NCBI RefSeq assembly: GCF_036321535.1
Contig: NC_087437.1
Span: 65,102,001 to 65,166,000 of the forward strand
DNA length: 64,000 bases
DNA from: Camelus dromedarius
Lineage: Eukaryota
Direction of reading: 5' to 3'
Positions 1-14,040 of this stretch are shown piece by piece. The notes under the pieces were generated by a model that had not been told where the DNA came from, did not search any database, and was given only the letters and a program-made list of their open reading frames with translations. The position numbers were made by a program, and so were the translations under genes. How positions within the stretch are numbered: the stretch's first letter is position 1; the number at the start of each line of letters is the position of its first letter.

Positions 1-452
1 TAAATATTCTTTGAAACTATTTTTCTCATAGTTTATAGAGTTTCATCCAGTGAATGAATCAGTATTTATTTATATAACTCACTATTGTGGGACATATGGT
101 TTATTTTCAACTTGTTACTGTTGTAATGCTGTGGAGAACATTCTTAATTATTTACATACATACTGGATTTTTCCTTAAGAAAATTATTAGAAATGAAATT
201 AATTGGTTAACATTTTTAAGGCTGTTGATACATATGTTGATGCATATATCCAGATATTTCTCTAGGAAGGTTGTACAGCAGCAGCACATGAAAACTTATT
301 TCATCACATTCTAACTACACTTGGAATTATCTTTAAAGTTTTTTTTTCTGTCTGTATTTATATGATTACTAGTGAGGTTGTCTTTTTTCATATACTTCTT
401 GAGTAGACATATGATTATGAAAATTGTGTGTAAGGTAATGTTTCCATCACAG

Positions 453-595
453 ATCTAAACGAACAAAGATGTTACTGAAGCTAAATAGGCAGAAGGAAGA
501 AGAAGATCGCAGATTACAAGTGCAACTTCAAAGGCAGAGAGCCATGAGACTTTCCCGAGAAATACGACTGAGTATGCTCGAAGTAGTTCATCCAG
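453..595 (+). CDS. IQCB1: IQCB1 (NPHP5) internal coding exon, (R)SKRTKMLLKLNRQKEEEDRRLQVQLQRQRAMRLSREIRLSMLEVVHP(G)
   Basis: ccatcacAG acceptor and CAG|GTGCGT donor; 143 nt; translation matches the recalled IQCB1 coiled-coil segment; phase fits the next exon. Confidence 0.95.
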
Positions 596-1276
596 GTGCG
601 TGGCAGTATCAGTTTTATAAGTGAAAGACTGACTACAGTATCTTAATAAATAAATTTCCTAGCTACCTGATGATTTCTTATTTTAAATGTGGACCTTTCC
701 CTGTTTCTCCTTTTTTAGATAAACCTTAAATCTCTCAAGTCAAAAAAAGTTACTGATTTTTCTAATTAAGGCCTATTAGTTGATGATGAGCAATCTCTCC
801 ACTAGTTTTTCTTTTCTTTCAGATAAATTAGTGAAACATAAAATTTTATGCTTAAAGATAGCTGTCAGTGACATAAAGAAAGAACCCCTTGAACTTAAGT
901 AAGGTGTTAGACTATTGCTACATTCTGCCCTCAGAACTTTACCCATACCCCAGGTTAAGCTTTGTGAACCTTCTTACCACCTTTGACACACTAAGCTGAA
1001 ATTAATATTAAAGTATAGTCTGGAAATCTGAGTTGTTTCAGCATTCTTTTTTTGTTCTTCCCCTCCCTTCTTGGTACTCATTCCCAGTATCCTTTATAGC
1101 CTCTTATTTCTCTTCCTTTCCCTTAAATATAGATGTTTTCCAGAGTTCCATCCTTACCCCATTATTCTCATGTTGCTCTTCCCATCCGTAACTGTAGCTT
1201 CAACCACCAACTGTGTGTTTAGCACTCTGAAATCCTATCTGCATTGTCATCCTTTCTGCTAAGCTGTAGACCAAAC

Positions 1277-1460
1277 CTGCCCAGTATAACTTTTGACAAA
1301 ATGAAATATTCTATATCTGCACTGTCCAATACAGTAGCCAGTGACTACAGGTGGCTGTTTACTTGAAATGTGGCTAGTGCACATGAAATTTTAATTTTAC
1401 TGTATTTAAATTTAAGTAGCTATTTGTGGCTGATGTCTACTACATTGAATAATACAGCTC
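1277..1460. mobile_element. MER3-like hAT-Charlie DNA transposon fossil, within L2-like sequence
   Basis: tctgcactgtccaatacagtagcc...gtggct...ttgaaatgtggctagt motifs typical of MER3 (recalled consensus). Confidence 0.65.
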
Positions 1461-2216
1461 TGTAGCCAGCTGCCTGTTGGTTGATTTTACTTAGCTATCT
1501 ACAAGCATCCGTAACACTAGTCATTATCTGCCCCCACTAACTTCCTCTTCCTGTATTCCTCATCTCAGGTAATTCCACCAACAGTCTACTCAGTTTCCTA
1601 TCTGTGAGACACCCTAGAGTTATTTTCCTCTCTCACCTACATGTCTAGTTCTAGTTGGTCACTAAATTCTATTAATTTGTTGTACTATTTCTCAGATATA
1701 TCCTTTTTTATTATTACCTTCTACTGCCTTATTCTCTCACTTAGCTACTGTTAACCCTGGGTTATATGCTGACCAACTCCCAGAAAGTAAAAATAAAATC
1801 ATCTGTAGAATCAAATGAGTGACTAAAGAGACATTTAGAATCACACAGAGTAGGTAACACATGTACATGATTTGCCCTTTCCCTCTGGTGGCACTGAAAG
1901 TCTTCTTAACTATTTACTTGTGTATCTTTTTTCTGAATGTTTTTGCTATCAGATTTTTAGCCCTTTTCTCATTCCTCTGACACAAAAAAATTATATGAGT
2001 CTTTTTTTCTAAAGAAGATGCCTAATCTGGGGAAGCTTTTAGAGCTCTTTGTTTTTAAAATCTTACATTGTAAAATAACAAAGTTGGGAAAATCAGTGAG
2101 CAGTATTGAAAAAAATAAAAAGACTGCAAGACTGTTGTTACTTTCATTGTCCTGATTCCAGAACTTCAGAAAGCATAGAAGTGAGTATGTTGTAATAGTG
2201 TCTGTCATCTTTTTAG

Positions 2217-2365
2217 GTCAGGTGGAAAAACATAATCGGGAAATAGAAGAGAAATCAGCATTGATTATCCAGAAACATTGGAGAGGGTACAGGGAAAGGA
2301 AAAATTTTCGCCAACAGAGGCCATCTCTTACGGAATATAAAGCAGCTGTCACACTTCAGAGAGCA
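2217..2365 (+). CDS. IQCB1: IQCB1 coding exon with IQ motif (SALIIQKHWRGYRERKNF)
   Basis: tcatctttttAG acceptor, GCA|GTGAGT donor; 149 nt; IQxxWRGYxxR calmodulin-binding motif; overlaps ORF 2198..2380. Confidence 0.96.
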
Positions 2366-3974
2366 GTGAGTCTGATGTAGTACAAAGAGTACTGGACTAG
2401 GAGGCAAAAACATGGGTTCATACCTGACTTTGCTGTTTATCTGCTGTAAAGTCCTGGTCAAGTAACTTAGCTTTTCTGAACCTTACTTTCTCCCTCTATA
2501 AAGTGAGAACCTCCTTACCACTGGCCAGAATGATTTAGACACTCAGTCCTTAGTATTTCCATAGACCTTATACATTATTTACCATAATGCAGTGTTGTTT
2601 GTTAATTTTTTTCTTTCTTACTTGAGCTATGGGCATCTCAAAGATAAGGACTTAAGTTTTATTTATTGTCAGCTTTTAACATGTGTTTGATGAGCAAAGT
2701 CTACCCTATCTTTTTCACTCATCTGCTGTGTAGATTAGATGACCTAATTTATGGCAAGGTATTTTGTCAACTGCATAGTCCTATGCAAATGCCTATTTGA
2801 TGTTTTTTAATGCACAGATAATATATTAGGTATAATTAGATCATTATAATTCTTGAATTGTAGAATGGTGGTATTAAATGCTAATTTTCCTGGGATTTAT
2901 CTGGAGCATAGTAATATTTTATTGCCTTGGAAATACATAGCACAAGGCTGCCTATTTCACTTAATGACCAGTTTTCCTAATATCCAGTTATTTACTTATA
3001 CATAGTTATAAGTGGATCCTTTCATATTAGGATTTTAGGTCATACAGCATTTAGTTTTATAATCCCTTATTAAACCAGATCAATTTCAGTTTTTCACAGT
3101 GATAGATTTTGAACAGTCTCTTTGTTGAATTCTCTGATTAACCTTTTACAAAGATTTTTTTTAAAGCCATTCAAAAAACAGAGTAAATACTAGGGAAATA
3201 GGAAGAGATGTCTGCTACCTCCTTCTTCCTCAGGCTCTTCGAGGGATATCAGGCCATATCTGCAACAAACAGTCCTGTACCATCACTGAATCACATCCAC
3301 ACCTACTATTTACCCTCTGCTAAATAAGGCCATCTAAGCATTAACCTGTGAATATCAGTGTTGCAAACTGACAGTGGGTCCTTTCTAATACCTTTACTTC
3401 ATGGCTACCTTCTTTTTAAACTCTTCCCTGTGAAAGAATCAGCCTGGCCCTTATTGAGTTGTCTTATTATCTTGCCTAATTTAGATAAGTCCAATACTTT
3501 GTAAAAGGGTCCTCTACTGTAAAGTGAGATACTCCAGTTTGTTCACCATTCCCTAGAGAGAGAAGCAGGGGACATCATCACAACAGGATATCTGAGGGCT
3601 ATAAAGGCAGAGTTGTTCTGGCTTTCACACTTTCCTTTGGAATAAGAGGGGGGAAAGTAGTCACATTTACCTCATTTCTTCACCCAGAGAATGGAATATG
3701 AGTCTCCATTGAAGTAAAAACAAAAACGATGGGTCTAGGTCATGTTTAGATGGCCTTCATGTCTTTGAAACTCACTACTGAAAATAACAGTGAACTGAAA
3801 GCAGAGCTAGTCAGAAATAGGAAAGAAGAGGATTAGTTTCAAAGAGGGAAAAGAAAAAGTAAAATGACAGAGTACAGAAAAGGGAGGAAAAGGAAAATAG
3901 AAAAAAATTAGAACAGGGCAATAAAGGACACATTTTGCCACATTTTGAAGCATCCATTTCTAAGATATACTACA

Positions 3975-4320
3975 GACTTGCACTAAATAGCCAATAACCA
4001 CTTGTGGCTACTGAGTGTTTGATATGTGATGTAGCCAGTACAAAGTTAGCTGTGCTGTAAGTTGAAAATACCAGATTTTGAAGACTTGGTATGGAAAAAA
4101 TGTGTAAAACATCACCTTAATTTTTAAATTTTGTTTTTTTTTTAATTTTTAAATTTTGATTACCTGTTGGAATGCTAGTATTTTACATATACTGTTATGC
4201 TTATGTAACTCAGTATATGCAAAATATTAATTTCACATGTTTCTGTTTACTTTTTTAATGTGCCTACTGGAACATTTAAAATTATATATTTGACTCCCTT
4301 TATATTTCTATTAGTACTGC
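3975..4320. mobile_element. MER33-like hAT-Charlie fossil
   Basis: tgtggctactgag...tgtgctgtaagt...ccagattttgaagacttggtatg resembles MER33. Confidence 0.6.
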
Positions 4321-5164
4321 AAATGATCTTGATAAGAAAGAAAAGAAAACAATAATTCATCAGTTTCACAGAAAGAAGTAGGAATATCATTTCATTGAAC
4401 TTATCCCTCAGGAGGAGCTAGTTATTAGTGTCCTTGGCACAGAAAGGCCAAGAACTGTTGTTTACCTTCTGTCCCTTCTTTTGTGCAAAGGCAGAGGGCT
4501 CATTTGTCAGGTAGCTAAAAATCAAGAAAACTCTATGTTAACTTGCTAGTTTCAAATTACACATCCTTACGTAGATGGGTTGGAGTTCTTTGTGGTGGTA
4601 TAGTATTGGAATTAAATTAGAAGAATTAGCTGCCTTTTCCCTTTCAATGCTCCAGGATATTCATTTCTTGCTTTCTCATTTCTTAAGAAGCTCAGAAGGA
4701 AGCTGATGTTTGCTGGTGTCTGCTCTCTAGAGCCAGAGTGATGGCTAATTTTTGCTAGTTGATTATAGCACAAAGTACTATAGCACTAATATACGTATCC
4801 ATTAAAGACCAACCACAAAAGCACTTACTGAAACAAACCATTGGTAGTTGAGAAAAAAAAATTGGGAGATAAATATAATTTTAGAGAGTCCTGAAGTGAC
4901 AAAGAATAAAAAAAGACAGAGAAGTAAAGGTGGACTTTTCTGATCTTAAGGGCAGAGAATCCTCTGTTCTGGAACCTTTATTCTGAAGTTCCCAGCATAG
5001 TATTGTAAGCCTAAGGTAGTACTAAAAGCAGGAGGTAGAGGAAAGATAGAAGGAGAAACAAAGAATAAAAATCAAAAAAAGGGAAGAATAGAAGAAAAGG
5101 AGAAAATCTCTCAAAAGGAGGATATAAGTACAATTGAAGCTGTGGACAGAATGTAAACAAGTGA

Positions 5165-5360
5165 GATACACTGTGTTTCAATAAACATTATTTGTAAACA
5201 CTGAATTTTGAATTTTATATAATTTTCTCATGTCATGAAATAATTTTTTTCCTTTTAAGCTTTGTAACCATATAAAATATAAGAAACTATTCTTAGGTCA
5301 TTCAAAAACAGGCAGCAGGCTGGATCTGACCTGTGGGCCATAACTTGCCAATCCTTGCCT
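5165..5360. mobile_element. MER58-like hAT-Charlie fossil
   Basis: caataaacattatt...aaaaacaggcagcaggctggatctgacctgtgggccataacttgccaatcc. Confidence 0.6.
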
Positions 5361-5955
5361 GAGACAATGTGAACGTGTAACTTTAATGAAAATAAAAACT
5401 ACAAAGAAAGGAGAGAGTGAAAAAAAATTGGACAGAATAACTTCAAATTTGTCTCCAAATCTTGCCTGTTACAAGATTTCTTCTTTCACCAGGAGTTTAT
5501 TCTGAAGGGCATGAGAAAGAGTATTCATTTACCAAACTTTGTCTTATATATTGTCTCTCTGATCTTTACAGTCCTTTGGCTAAGTAGAATTGGAGTTCTT
5601 GTTTTCTGTGGACATAGAACCTGTCCTATAGAGATCAAGTGACTTGCCCAAAATCATACCGTTTATAAGGGACTAGAGTTAAAGACTAGAACCCAAAGCT
5701 GATTTTCTACTTTTTTCTCTTTATGGCTTACTATACAAATAATACATGAATATATCCTTGTAAAAATATTAAAACACTACAGAAGAATATAATTAGAAGG
5801 TCACTGTCCTCTGTCACCCCTGTCACAACCCCATCCTTCTCCCTATATACACTAAGAGTTAACAACTATAGTAGTGTTGTCACTACCATATGTTATTGTA
5901 GGAAGAAAATAGTTCTGTTAGGGAAGAAAATCACAGATCTTTTTTCTTTCTTCAG

Positions 5956-6087
5956 ACTCTTAAGTTCCTAGCAAAGTGCCATAAGAAAAAGAAACTATTT
6001 GCTCCTTGGCAAGGATTCAGAGAACTCACTGATGCACGCAGAGTTGAACTGAAGCAGCAAGTGGATGACTATGTCAGAAGACATCCA
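5956..6087 (+). CDS. IQCB1: IQCB1 coding exon (TLKFLAKCHKKKKLFAPWQGFRELTDARRVELKQQVDDYVRRHP)
   Basis: polypyrimidine tract plus ttcAG acceptor, CCA|GTATGT donor; 132 nt, phase 0/0. Confidence 0.95.
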
Positions 6088-6329
6088 GTATGTAGGCTTC
6101 TGTGCCATGGTATTGGTGTTACATTATTGTGGTGCGTGATATTCACCAACAAAGAAGTGTCTCAGCTGTATTATGTACCTTTATTGTTGATACAAGGTAG
6201 TGCACTTGCTTTACCATAGAGTTAATGGCTTTGGCGTCTTCTTATAATTATTACATGGACCATAGAAGCATAGTAAAGGAGACTTCTCTTCAAGTCAGTC
6301 ATTTTCCACGCTGCATGAGCAAGACTGTC

Positions 6330-6835
6330 TACACATCCTTACCAACATTTATTATTTTCACATCGTAATGAATGTGAAGTGCTATTGTGATTTGGATTTG
6401 CATTCTCTAATAATTAGTGACTTTGAGCCTCTTTTCATGTGTTTATTCGCTATTTGTGTGTGTGTATATATATATAATCTTTTTTTTTGGCAGAATGTTT
6501 CAAGTCCTTTGCCCATTTTTTAATCAGGTTATTTGCTTTTGTGTTGTTGAGTTTTAGAAGTTATCTGTATGTTCTGGATATTAGTCCCATATCAGATACA
6601 TGATTTGCAAATATTTTCTTCCATTCTGTATACTACCTTTTTACTCTATTGATAGTATCCTTAGATGCGCAAAAGTTTTTAATTTTGGTAAGTCCAATTT
6701 GTCTAATTTTTCTTTTGTTGCCAGTTCCTTCAGTGTCATATTCTAGAAATCATTGCCAAATCTGTCATTAAACTCTTCCTGTATCTTTTGTAATAAGAGT
6801 TTTGTAGTTTTAGCTCTTAGGCTTTGGTCTTTGAT
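6330..6835 (-). mobile_element. L1 (LINE-1) ORF2 3' fragment, antisense
   Basis: typical antisense L1 text: tttgcattctctaataattagtga...tcaagtcctttgcccattttt...gatttgcaaatattttct. Confidence 0.8.
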
Positions 6836-7568
6836 CTCTGGTTTTTCTGATGTATTGTGTGTGATTCTGATGCATACTCCTATTTAAAAGAAGAGCTGCT
6901 TTAGCCATACTCTAGTACAGCTGCTTAAAATTCTGTGGCTGAAAAGTAAGGTGTTAGCTGGAACAGGACTGCATCAAAGATCCAGGAACTGGAATATTTG
7001 AGAAACCTGTGGTGTCAGAAGCTTTATCAGCTTCAAAGCTTTACTTCAGCTTTATTTCTTCCTTGTCCAAACTAATTAGTTAAGTTCCCTTTAAAGTAGC
7101 TGACTACCAAAAGAATATGGTCCATTGAATGATTCTATCTCTTGTTCTGTGAAATTATGGCTTGGATAAGTGGGGATAGGATAAGAAGTGAGATAGTCTA
7201 TCAGGTGGGGTCCAGAACAAAAGGGCTGGTCTTGTTACTCCTTTTCCAAGCTAGTGTCTTTACCATGCCGTTTGTAATTTTCTCTGTGACTTCTCATTCT
7301 TATCCCTTCTCCCAGAATACCATATGGTGTGAGGAAATGAGGCATGAGAGCATATCAGAAAGAAAGTTGCCCACCTGCATTTTCATTTAAAGCTGCTTTT
7401 AAGAGGCTATAATAATGCTTGTTCAAGAGTACAAGATTGACATCAACCATAATATTCCATTGATGAGAGACAGCTAAACATTCTGGAACCTCTACTAAGT
7501 GGTGGGGTGAAACGTACTTTGACATATGTGTCCTTCATGTGACAGTTTTTTCTGTCCTCTGTTCCCAG

Positions 7569-7725
7569 AGCTCTGAGGTATCAGATGTGACCAGCAGGGA
7601 GCTCCATTCCCAGGCACAAGAACAACTGCAACACTACTTCATGGGTCGGGCTCTGCAAGAGAGAGCCCAACAGCACAGGGAGGCACTGATGGCTCAGATC
7701 AGCACCAACATTGAACAGTTGATGA
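7569..7725 (+). CDS. IQCB1: IQCB1 penultimate coding exon (SSEVSDVTSRELHSQAQEQLQHYFMGRALQERAQQHREALMAQISTNIEQLM)
   Basis: gttcccAG acceptor, ATGA|GTATGT donor; 157 nt; inside ORF 7539..7757. Confidence 0.95.
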
Positions 7726-8570
7726 GTATGTGCTCATTCCATTTTTTTCTTCCGTAAAAGAACAGCCTATTCAAGATTTTGTGACATCCAAAATCTTCAG
7801 AAGGAAAACACCATTTCGTGGTCTATTAGCCATCTCTTACCCTCAGAAATTTCTACTTCTAGATCATATCAGTACACAGTGCTTTTAAATGCTGCAGAAC
7901 CTTCTTGACTTCTTCCCTCAGCCTTGCTCTCTTTCATATGTATCAAACTCAAAGTTACTGATTTTAAAGATGCTGAACCCTACTAACAAGATTCTACTAT
8001 ATAGTCTGAAAAGCTTTTGATCACATTTTAGAAGTAGATGATGACAGTCGTTACACTGCCATTTTATATTTTTAATGAAGTATTTTCACAAAAATTAATT
8101 CATCTGCTTCTCACAACCACTAGTACATTCAATGAGAGATCTCATCCATGAAGCCAGTGTTTCGGTCAGCCTCTGAAACACTTTTTAGTATTTGTGGAGC
8201 AAAATGGGCAGGATCCTCTGTTTAGTGCCATTACTTGCAAATTTTGTATTTTTGAATGGATAGGTGGCTGTAACTGAGCCTGTCATCTATAAGAGATGGT
8301 TCTGCTATTATTTTTAAAATTCTTGTTCTTAAAAAAAGAAAAACAAAACCTAAAAAAAATCCCTTTTTTTATTCTTTCCTTTTAAACACAGAATGGGGGC
8401 CTACAACCTGTGAATAGTCACATGCCATCTACAGCTAGCAATATAATAGATTTAGAATTGGAACCTTGTTCCTGCCTGCTAGTGCAAAGTCCCAACTCTG
8501 TAGTTTGCAAATCCCTGTTTGTTTGCTACAGAACTCTTCTACTCATCTGTTTATTTTCTGTTTACTGCAG

Positions 8571-8800
8571 AAGCACCAAGTCTGAAGGAGGCAGAAGGGA
8601 AAGAACCTGAGCTCTTCCTAAGCAGATCCAGGCCTGTGGCAGCCAAAGCCAAGCAGGCCCACCTCACCACCCTGAAGCATATACAAGCACCCTGGTGGAA
8701 GAAGCTTGGGGAAGAAGCAGGAGATGAGATGGATGTCCCAAAGGATGAACTTAGTGTAGAATTAGGAACTTTATTCATTGGTGGAACCAAACCCCCTTAA
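8571..8800 (+). CDS. IQCB1: IQCB1 terminal coding exon ending ...ELGTLFIGGTKPP-stop
   Basis: tttactgcAG acceptor; C-terminus APWWKKLGEE...LFIGGTKPP recognised as IQCB1; TAA at 8798-8800. Confidence 0.96.
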
Positions 8801-9119
8801 GGGAGGTGGAATGATACACATCTGTATTTCAAGAGATTAGATTGGTTCTGCCTCTGACATACTAGTAGACTAGCACTATCCTAACTTACGGTTTTCCAGA
8901 AGTTCCTCTCCAAACAAGACTGGAGGGAGTAAGCAAAAGAGTTATCTTCTACCTCTATCTCAGTTCTCTTTTTCTTTGTCCACACTCCCATTCTTGGGCA
9001 CACATACAAATTGGTGTGGCTTTTGTTGTGAAACTAAACTCAGCATAGTATTCTGTTGCTTATATGAAATGTGATTTCTTTTTTTGTTTCTGCTATTTTC
9101 CAACTAACAGTGTTTTCTA

Positions 9120-9125
9120 AATAAA
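9120..9125 (+). terminator. Candidate IQCB1 polyadenylation signal AATAAA
   Basis: AATAAA about 320 nt after the stop codon, followed by T-rich sequence. Confidence 0.55.
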
Positions 9126-11388
9126 TATTTTCAATTATTGTTATGAAAGCCTCCCCCACTTTCCCAAACCCTTCTCTTAAAAGCTTTAAGCCACTAGAGC
9201 AGGGGCAACAAGCCCTCTTACCTCCAAGGCTCACACCTTCCATTGCATGTAAGGAAGGAATAGAAACAAAACCTGTCTGCTTCTGTGAGTGTGTGGCAGG
9301 GGCAGGGGGCAAGGGGATAGGAAACATTCTAGTCCCAGACAGAAGTAGAGATTTTTTTGGTGTTGCTGAGGGAAGGATAGAAATAAGAACCTTCTCTCAT
9401 GGGAAGGGAGTAGGAAATGATCTTGGGCCCAGAAATCCTACACCAATACAGAGCAGATGTCTGCTAATGCTGCTAATGAAAGGCAATGTTCCTGCTAAAG
9501 ACCAACCACAAATATGAGGCAGTTTGGGTGCCATACGGTAGAAGGGTAGGAACCTTGAAAAAGCCCTACTTCCAACCCCAGGAAGAAGAAACCTGGCCTA
9601 AAATTTAGGCTGGATCAGGAAAACAGACCACCCAAGACCCAGCAACTAGCCTAGCACCAAGTAATAAGCAATAGCAGTTTACCACTGGGGTTGGGGAAGG
9701 TGAGTGGCGACCCCCCCCCACACACACTGTGGCAAAGGCATACAGGGATGGCTAAAAGTGGAGGTGGAGCAGAAACACAGAAAATCTTCAAGCTTTCCAG
9801 ACCCCTATAAGCATAAAGTAACAGCAGCTGAAAAATAAAGAACTTGAAGCCTATGATAACTCATCATTTTGTATATCCTCCATGGGGAAACTGGGACACT
9901 GGAACATTGTGACTTTGTTCCAGGCACTCCAATCACATTAATGTTTGAATGGAAAGACACAATGAAGTGCTCAGAGACAGCCTAGGGCTCAGCATCTTAA
10001 GGGGAAGGGCAGTGACACCAACAAGCTCAGGTTTCGCCTCTCTTTCTGACACATTCTCCAGCCAAAACAATATGTCCAGAAAGTTTCCCTTTCTTTTCCT
10101 GTCTTGTGCCTTCTCTGCCTCCTAATTCTTTTACCAGCTGGATTTTCTGCCTCAAGCTTTGACGGTCACTAGTCAATCAAAGCTTGCCCCACCCCTTCTA
10201 CTGCCCAATGTCCCAAAGTTTCCATGTTGACAGCAAAGCTACAGACTACCTGTTGATGTCAAGAGACAGATGGAGGAGTTCTGCTCATGTCTGAGCAGAA
10301 ACGCTGGAGTAACAGAACCAGAAACAGGGAGGAAGTGAATGAAAGGCAGGTGGTAGGTAAGTGAGGGGAGGCTCTTGAGTGTGCAGGTGAAGGGTGTGGG
10401 ATACTTAGGGCATCTATGCTTGAGGTTACATGTGTGTGTGTAAGATGAATGTGTCATCATTTTCTTTGTCTTGCTTTATCATGTTCAATGTCCTCATTGC
10501 TGCCGGACAAAAAAAAAAAAAAAAAGGAATTAGGCCCAGAAATTTATGTTCAGATCCTTGTATCTTCTTCCTCAACCAGTAGGGCTAGTGTCTATAAAGG
10601 CTACTACCCCCTTTCCCAAAGTCTTTCTGTAAATCTTCCTCTCTGGATCTTAACCCTGAGGGTCTGGAGATGGGTTTGGGCTCATTGTCCTGCCCTCACC
10701 TGTGCCCACTTGCTTGAGCACTGGGGCTATCCTGGCTGAATGGTTCATCTCTCTTCCATTTGATTTGCTCTCAGAGTTGGGTAAACGGCTAGATGGTGGG
10801 CTGCAGAGGAGCTGAGAGGGTCTGGGCTTCCGTTACTCCTTTTATCTTTTCTGACATAAACCAAGAACCTATAATAGCTTATAATGACCTTAGAGTTTCT
10901 CTGGTCTCATTTTAAAACTGCAGACAGACAACAGTCATCTAAACTTTAAAATATCTAATGTGGAGATTATTGCCTGTCTTAATTTTACAGAAAGGATAGT
11001 CCTCAATTTTTATTTTAGGAAGGTAGTTCTTAATATCTAACTTAACTCAATAGCATTCAAAGGCATTCTCTGGTTTAATCCTTTGGGTAGATGAGGAAAC
11101 AACTGTACAGCAATTTCCCTCCTGCTGGAATCTTTGTTTAATGGCATGTTTCAGCTTTAGACAGTATCTGTTGACTCTCTGCTATAGAAGATTAGCACAC
11201 TTAAATGGTTTCTTTTCCCTTTAGTTTTATTTACCTTTAAATTCTAAAGACATTTATGTTCTGTTCTATTACTTTAACCTCCACATTGTTCAATCTCTAA
11301 ATTACAATAGATTCAATGCTTACGACTAGTCTTTTATCATTATGTCTCAATGTCTGAGTATTCTGATTCACCTCCTTAGTTGGCTAGG

Positions 11389-11492
<104 letters not shown>

Positions 11493-11984
11493 CCTCCTTC
11501 CCTTCTTTCTCTCTTTTCTCTCTCTCATCTTTTAAAGGATAGCATACATAAAGTGCACTAATTGTGTACAGTTAAGTGAACTTTACATAGGTAAAAACTC
11601 ATTCAGGGTTAGCATCTTTTTATTTACAATTCAATGGCTGAAAAATTATGTGATACTTTAGTGTTAATTCACAATATGGCAAAAAAAGATGTCTTGTCAG
11701 ATTTGTAATGTTAAAATCTGGTTATACAACCCAGGATTCTTTTTTATATCCTCTAAAATAGCTGTATTTTCAATTTGGTCCACTGACTTCTTAAGCCTTG
11801 ATTTGTCCTCATATGTCATAGTTAAACATCCACCAGTGTTATAGACAGAGATTCCAAGTTCTTATATAAAAAATTTGGAAAGAACACTCTACTTTTATTA
11901 ATTCGTTGTTAATTATAAAGTAGACTCTACCCATCACTCTCCAGCAATAACTGTTGACAGCTTCAGATTGTTTTTTGGTGAAAA

Positions 11985-12420
11985 ACATGAATATAAACAC
12001 CCAAGAACCTCAACTCCAAGTAAAATAAACTGAGATAGACCCACACTGAGACACATTATAATCAAACTTTTGAAAGCCAAAGATAATCTCAAAAGCCACA
12101 AAAGAGAAGTAACTTGTCACACACACAGGTTCCTCAATAAGACACCAGCAGGTTTGTTACCAGAAACTTTGGAGGCCAGAAGGCCAGTATATTCAAAATG
12201 CTAAAAGAAAAAACCTGTCAACTGAGAATCCTGTATCTGGCAAAACTATCTTTCAAGAGTCTGAGAGAAATTAAGACATTCACAGATAAACGAAAGCTGA
12301 GGGAGTTGGTTATCACTAGATCTGCCCTGCAAGAAATGCTCAAGGGGAGTGCTGGAGGGTGAAATGTAAGGACATTAGACAGTAACTCAGAGCTGTATGA
12401 AGAAATAAATATCTCAATGA
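11985..12420 (+). mobile_element. Old L1 ORF1 fragment, sense
   Basis: agacacattataatcaaact...ccagaaactttggaggccagaagg...agaatcctgtatctggcaaaactatctttcaag is characteristic of the L1 ORF1 C-terminal half. Confidence 0.75.
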
Positions 12421-12534
12421 GGAATCTGAGTGATGACAGGTGTCTGACTGATTTCCATCTGAATGGAAACCCTACCATTTGGATGATTCAGTGTACATAC
12501 CATGGATTCATGGCTGTGGTTTTCCCATAGACTC

Positions 12535-12667
12535 TTTGTTTTATTTTTAGTGAGAGAAGGTAATTAAGTTTATTTATTTATTTTTAGAGGAGGTACTGGG
12601 GATTGAACCCAGGACCTCATGTATGCTAAGCATGTGCTCTACCACTTGAGCTATACCCTCCTGCCTT
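12535..12667 (-). mobile_element. tRNA-derived SINE (camelid-type) with 9-bp TSD CATAGACTC
   Basis: ggaggtactggggattgaacccaggacc...ctctaccacttgagctatacc is the reverse of tRNA-like A/B boxes; direct repeats at 12526-12534 and 12668-12676. Confidence 0.85.
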
Positions 12668-13414
12668 CATAGACTCAATCATTTATTTAGGACTGTTGCA
12701 AAATAATTCATATTTGTAAGGGGGATATGTAAAGTCTCAAAGCATGCCAGAAAACTTACACATTTAAAATATCAGGAAAACAAAAGCATTTATAGAAATC
12801 ATTCTCATAGATCCCATTTACATTTAAAATAAAAGCAGCCATATGGAAATATTAGGCCAATTTGTTTTAAAAAGTCTATTTCTGACTTCTGAATGTATTT
12901 ACTCGAGTTTATAAGTGTCTCAAAGAAATGAGGGAAGCATGACGTTCCCAAAGCCTATTTCTTCTTTGCCAAAATATCAAGGGTGTTCATGGCAACAGGA
13001 CTGCAATTGCATAGCCACTCTAATGCACTCTTATGAATTAAAGGGCTTAAAAGTTATACTTCCAAAAAATTATGTTTTCTATTTCTTAATAAAATTTTAA
13101 ACATTCTCCTTAATTCTTCAATTGTTTTTTAAAAGAGGGTCTACAGTTTCTTTGTCAGCCAGATAGAGGAGGAACTGAAGATCTTGTGTTCTGTGAGCAA
13201 GAGTTAATTGACACATACCTATGTGACTGACATAATGTCTGTAAGACTAAAAAATGTTTGGAGCATTATACATTTGCTTGTTGTAATTGGGTAAATGAGT
13301 TTCAAATTAGGGAACATAAAGAAACATAATTTTTAAAAAGAAAATTAAAGTCAATCTTTTCCCTTAAGGAATCTGTAATATAAAACAATAATTTACAATG
13401 TGTAGTTCATGCAA

Positions 13415-13705
13415 CCCTGCAGGGGGTGGTCCTGAGACCCTTTCAGTTACCCAAGTGTCAAAACTATTTTTGTAATAATTCTAAGATGTCATTTGCCTTT
13501 TATACTGTGTTGATATTTGCACTGATAGTACAAAAGCAATGGTGGTAAAACTGCTGGCACAAATCAAGGCAGGGGGACCCAAATATTGCAGGAACCACTG
13601 TATTCTTCATAGCCACACATTTGCAGTACTGAAAACAAAAGATGACTTTCACTTAAGAATGCTTTTGATGAAGCAGTGAAAGTCAATTTTATTAAACTTC
13701 AGCTC
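13415..13705. mobile_element. Charlie1-like hAT DNA transposon fragment
   Basis: gagaccctttcag...tcaaaactatttt...gcactgatagtacaaaagcaatggtggtaaaactgctggc resembles Charlie1. Confidence 0.65.
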
Positions 13706-13954
13706 TAATATATTAATATGAATTCACAGCAGGCACACTCGAGCCTCAGAGCCTCTGTATTTCCCCATCTCTAAGCCCACAAAACTCTTTCCCTATTTAT
13801 CCCCATGGTAAGACTCTTCTTTCCCATGCTTTCATTGGAATATCACTTTCTTTTGACTGCCCCCTCCTACCCTATCCCCTGGGACCCCATAATCCCCTTC
13901 CCTGACTTATTTTTTCCATGGCACTTACTCACCTAACAGTGCTTCCAGTATTGT

Positions 13955-14040
13955 TAAAATGCTGATTCTGATTCAATGGGTGTGGGGCGGGGCCTGAGAT
14001 TTCTCCATCTCAACTGTTGTCCCAAGTGATGCGGATGAGG
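13955..14040. mobile_element. MER5A-like fragment
   Basis: gattctgattcaatgggtgtggggcggggcctgagatt...cccaagtgatgc. Confidence 0.55.

Noticed and set aside
9040..9830. ORFs 9143..9517 and 9040..9327 downstream of IQCB1
   Set aside because: No recognisable homology or splice support; the region looks like a decayed old repeat (possibly an L1 5' region)
12585..12660. tRNA-like sequence on the minus strand (also 61460-61535)
   Set aside because: SINE head with AT-rich tail and TSDs, not a tRNA gene
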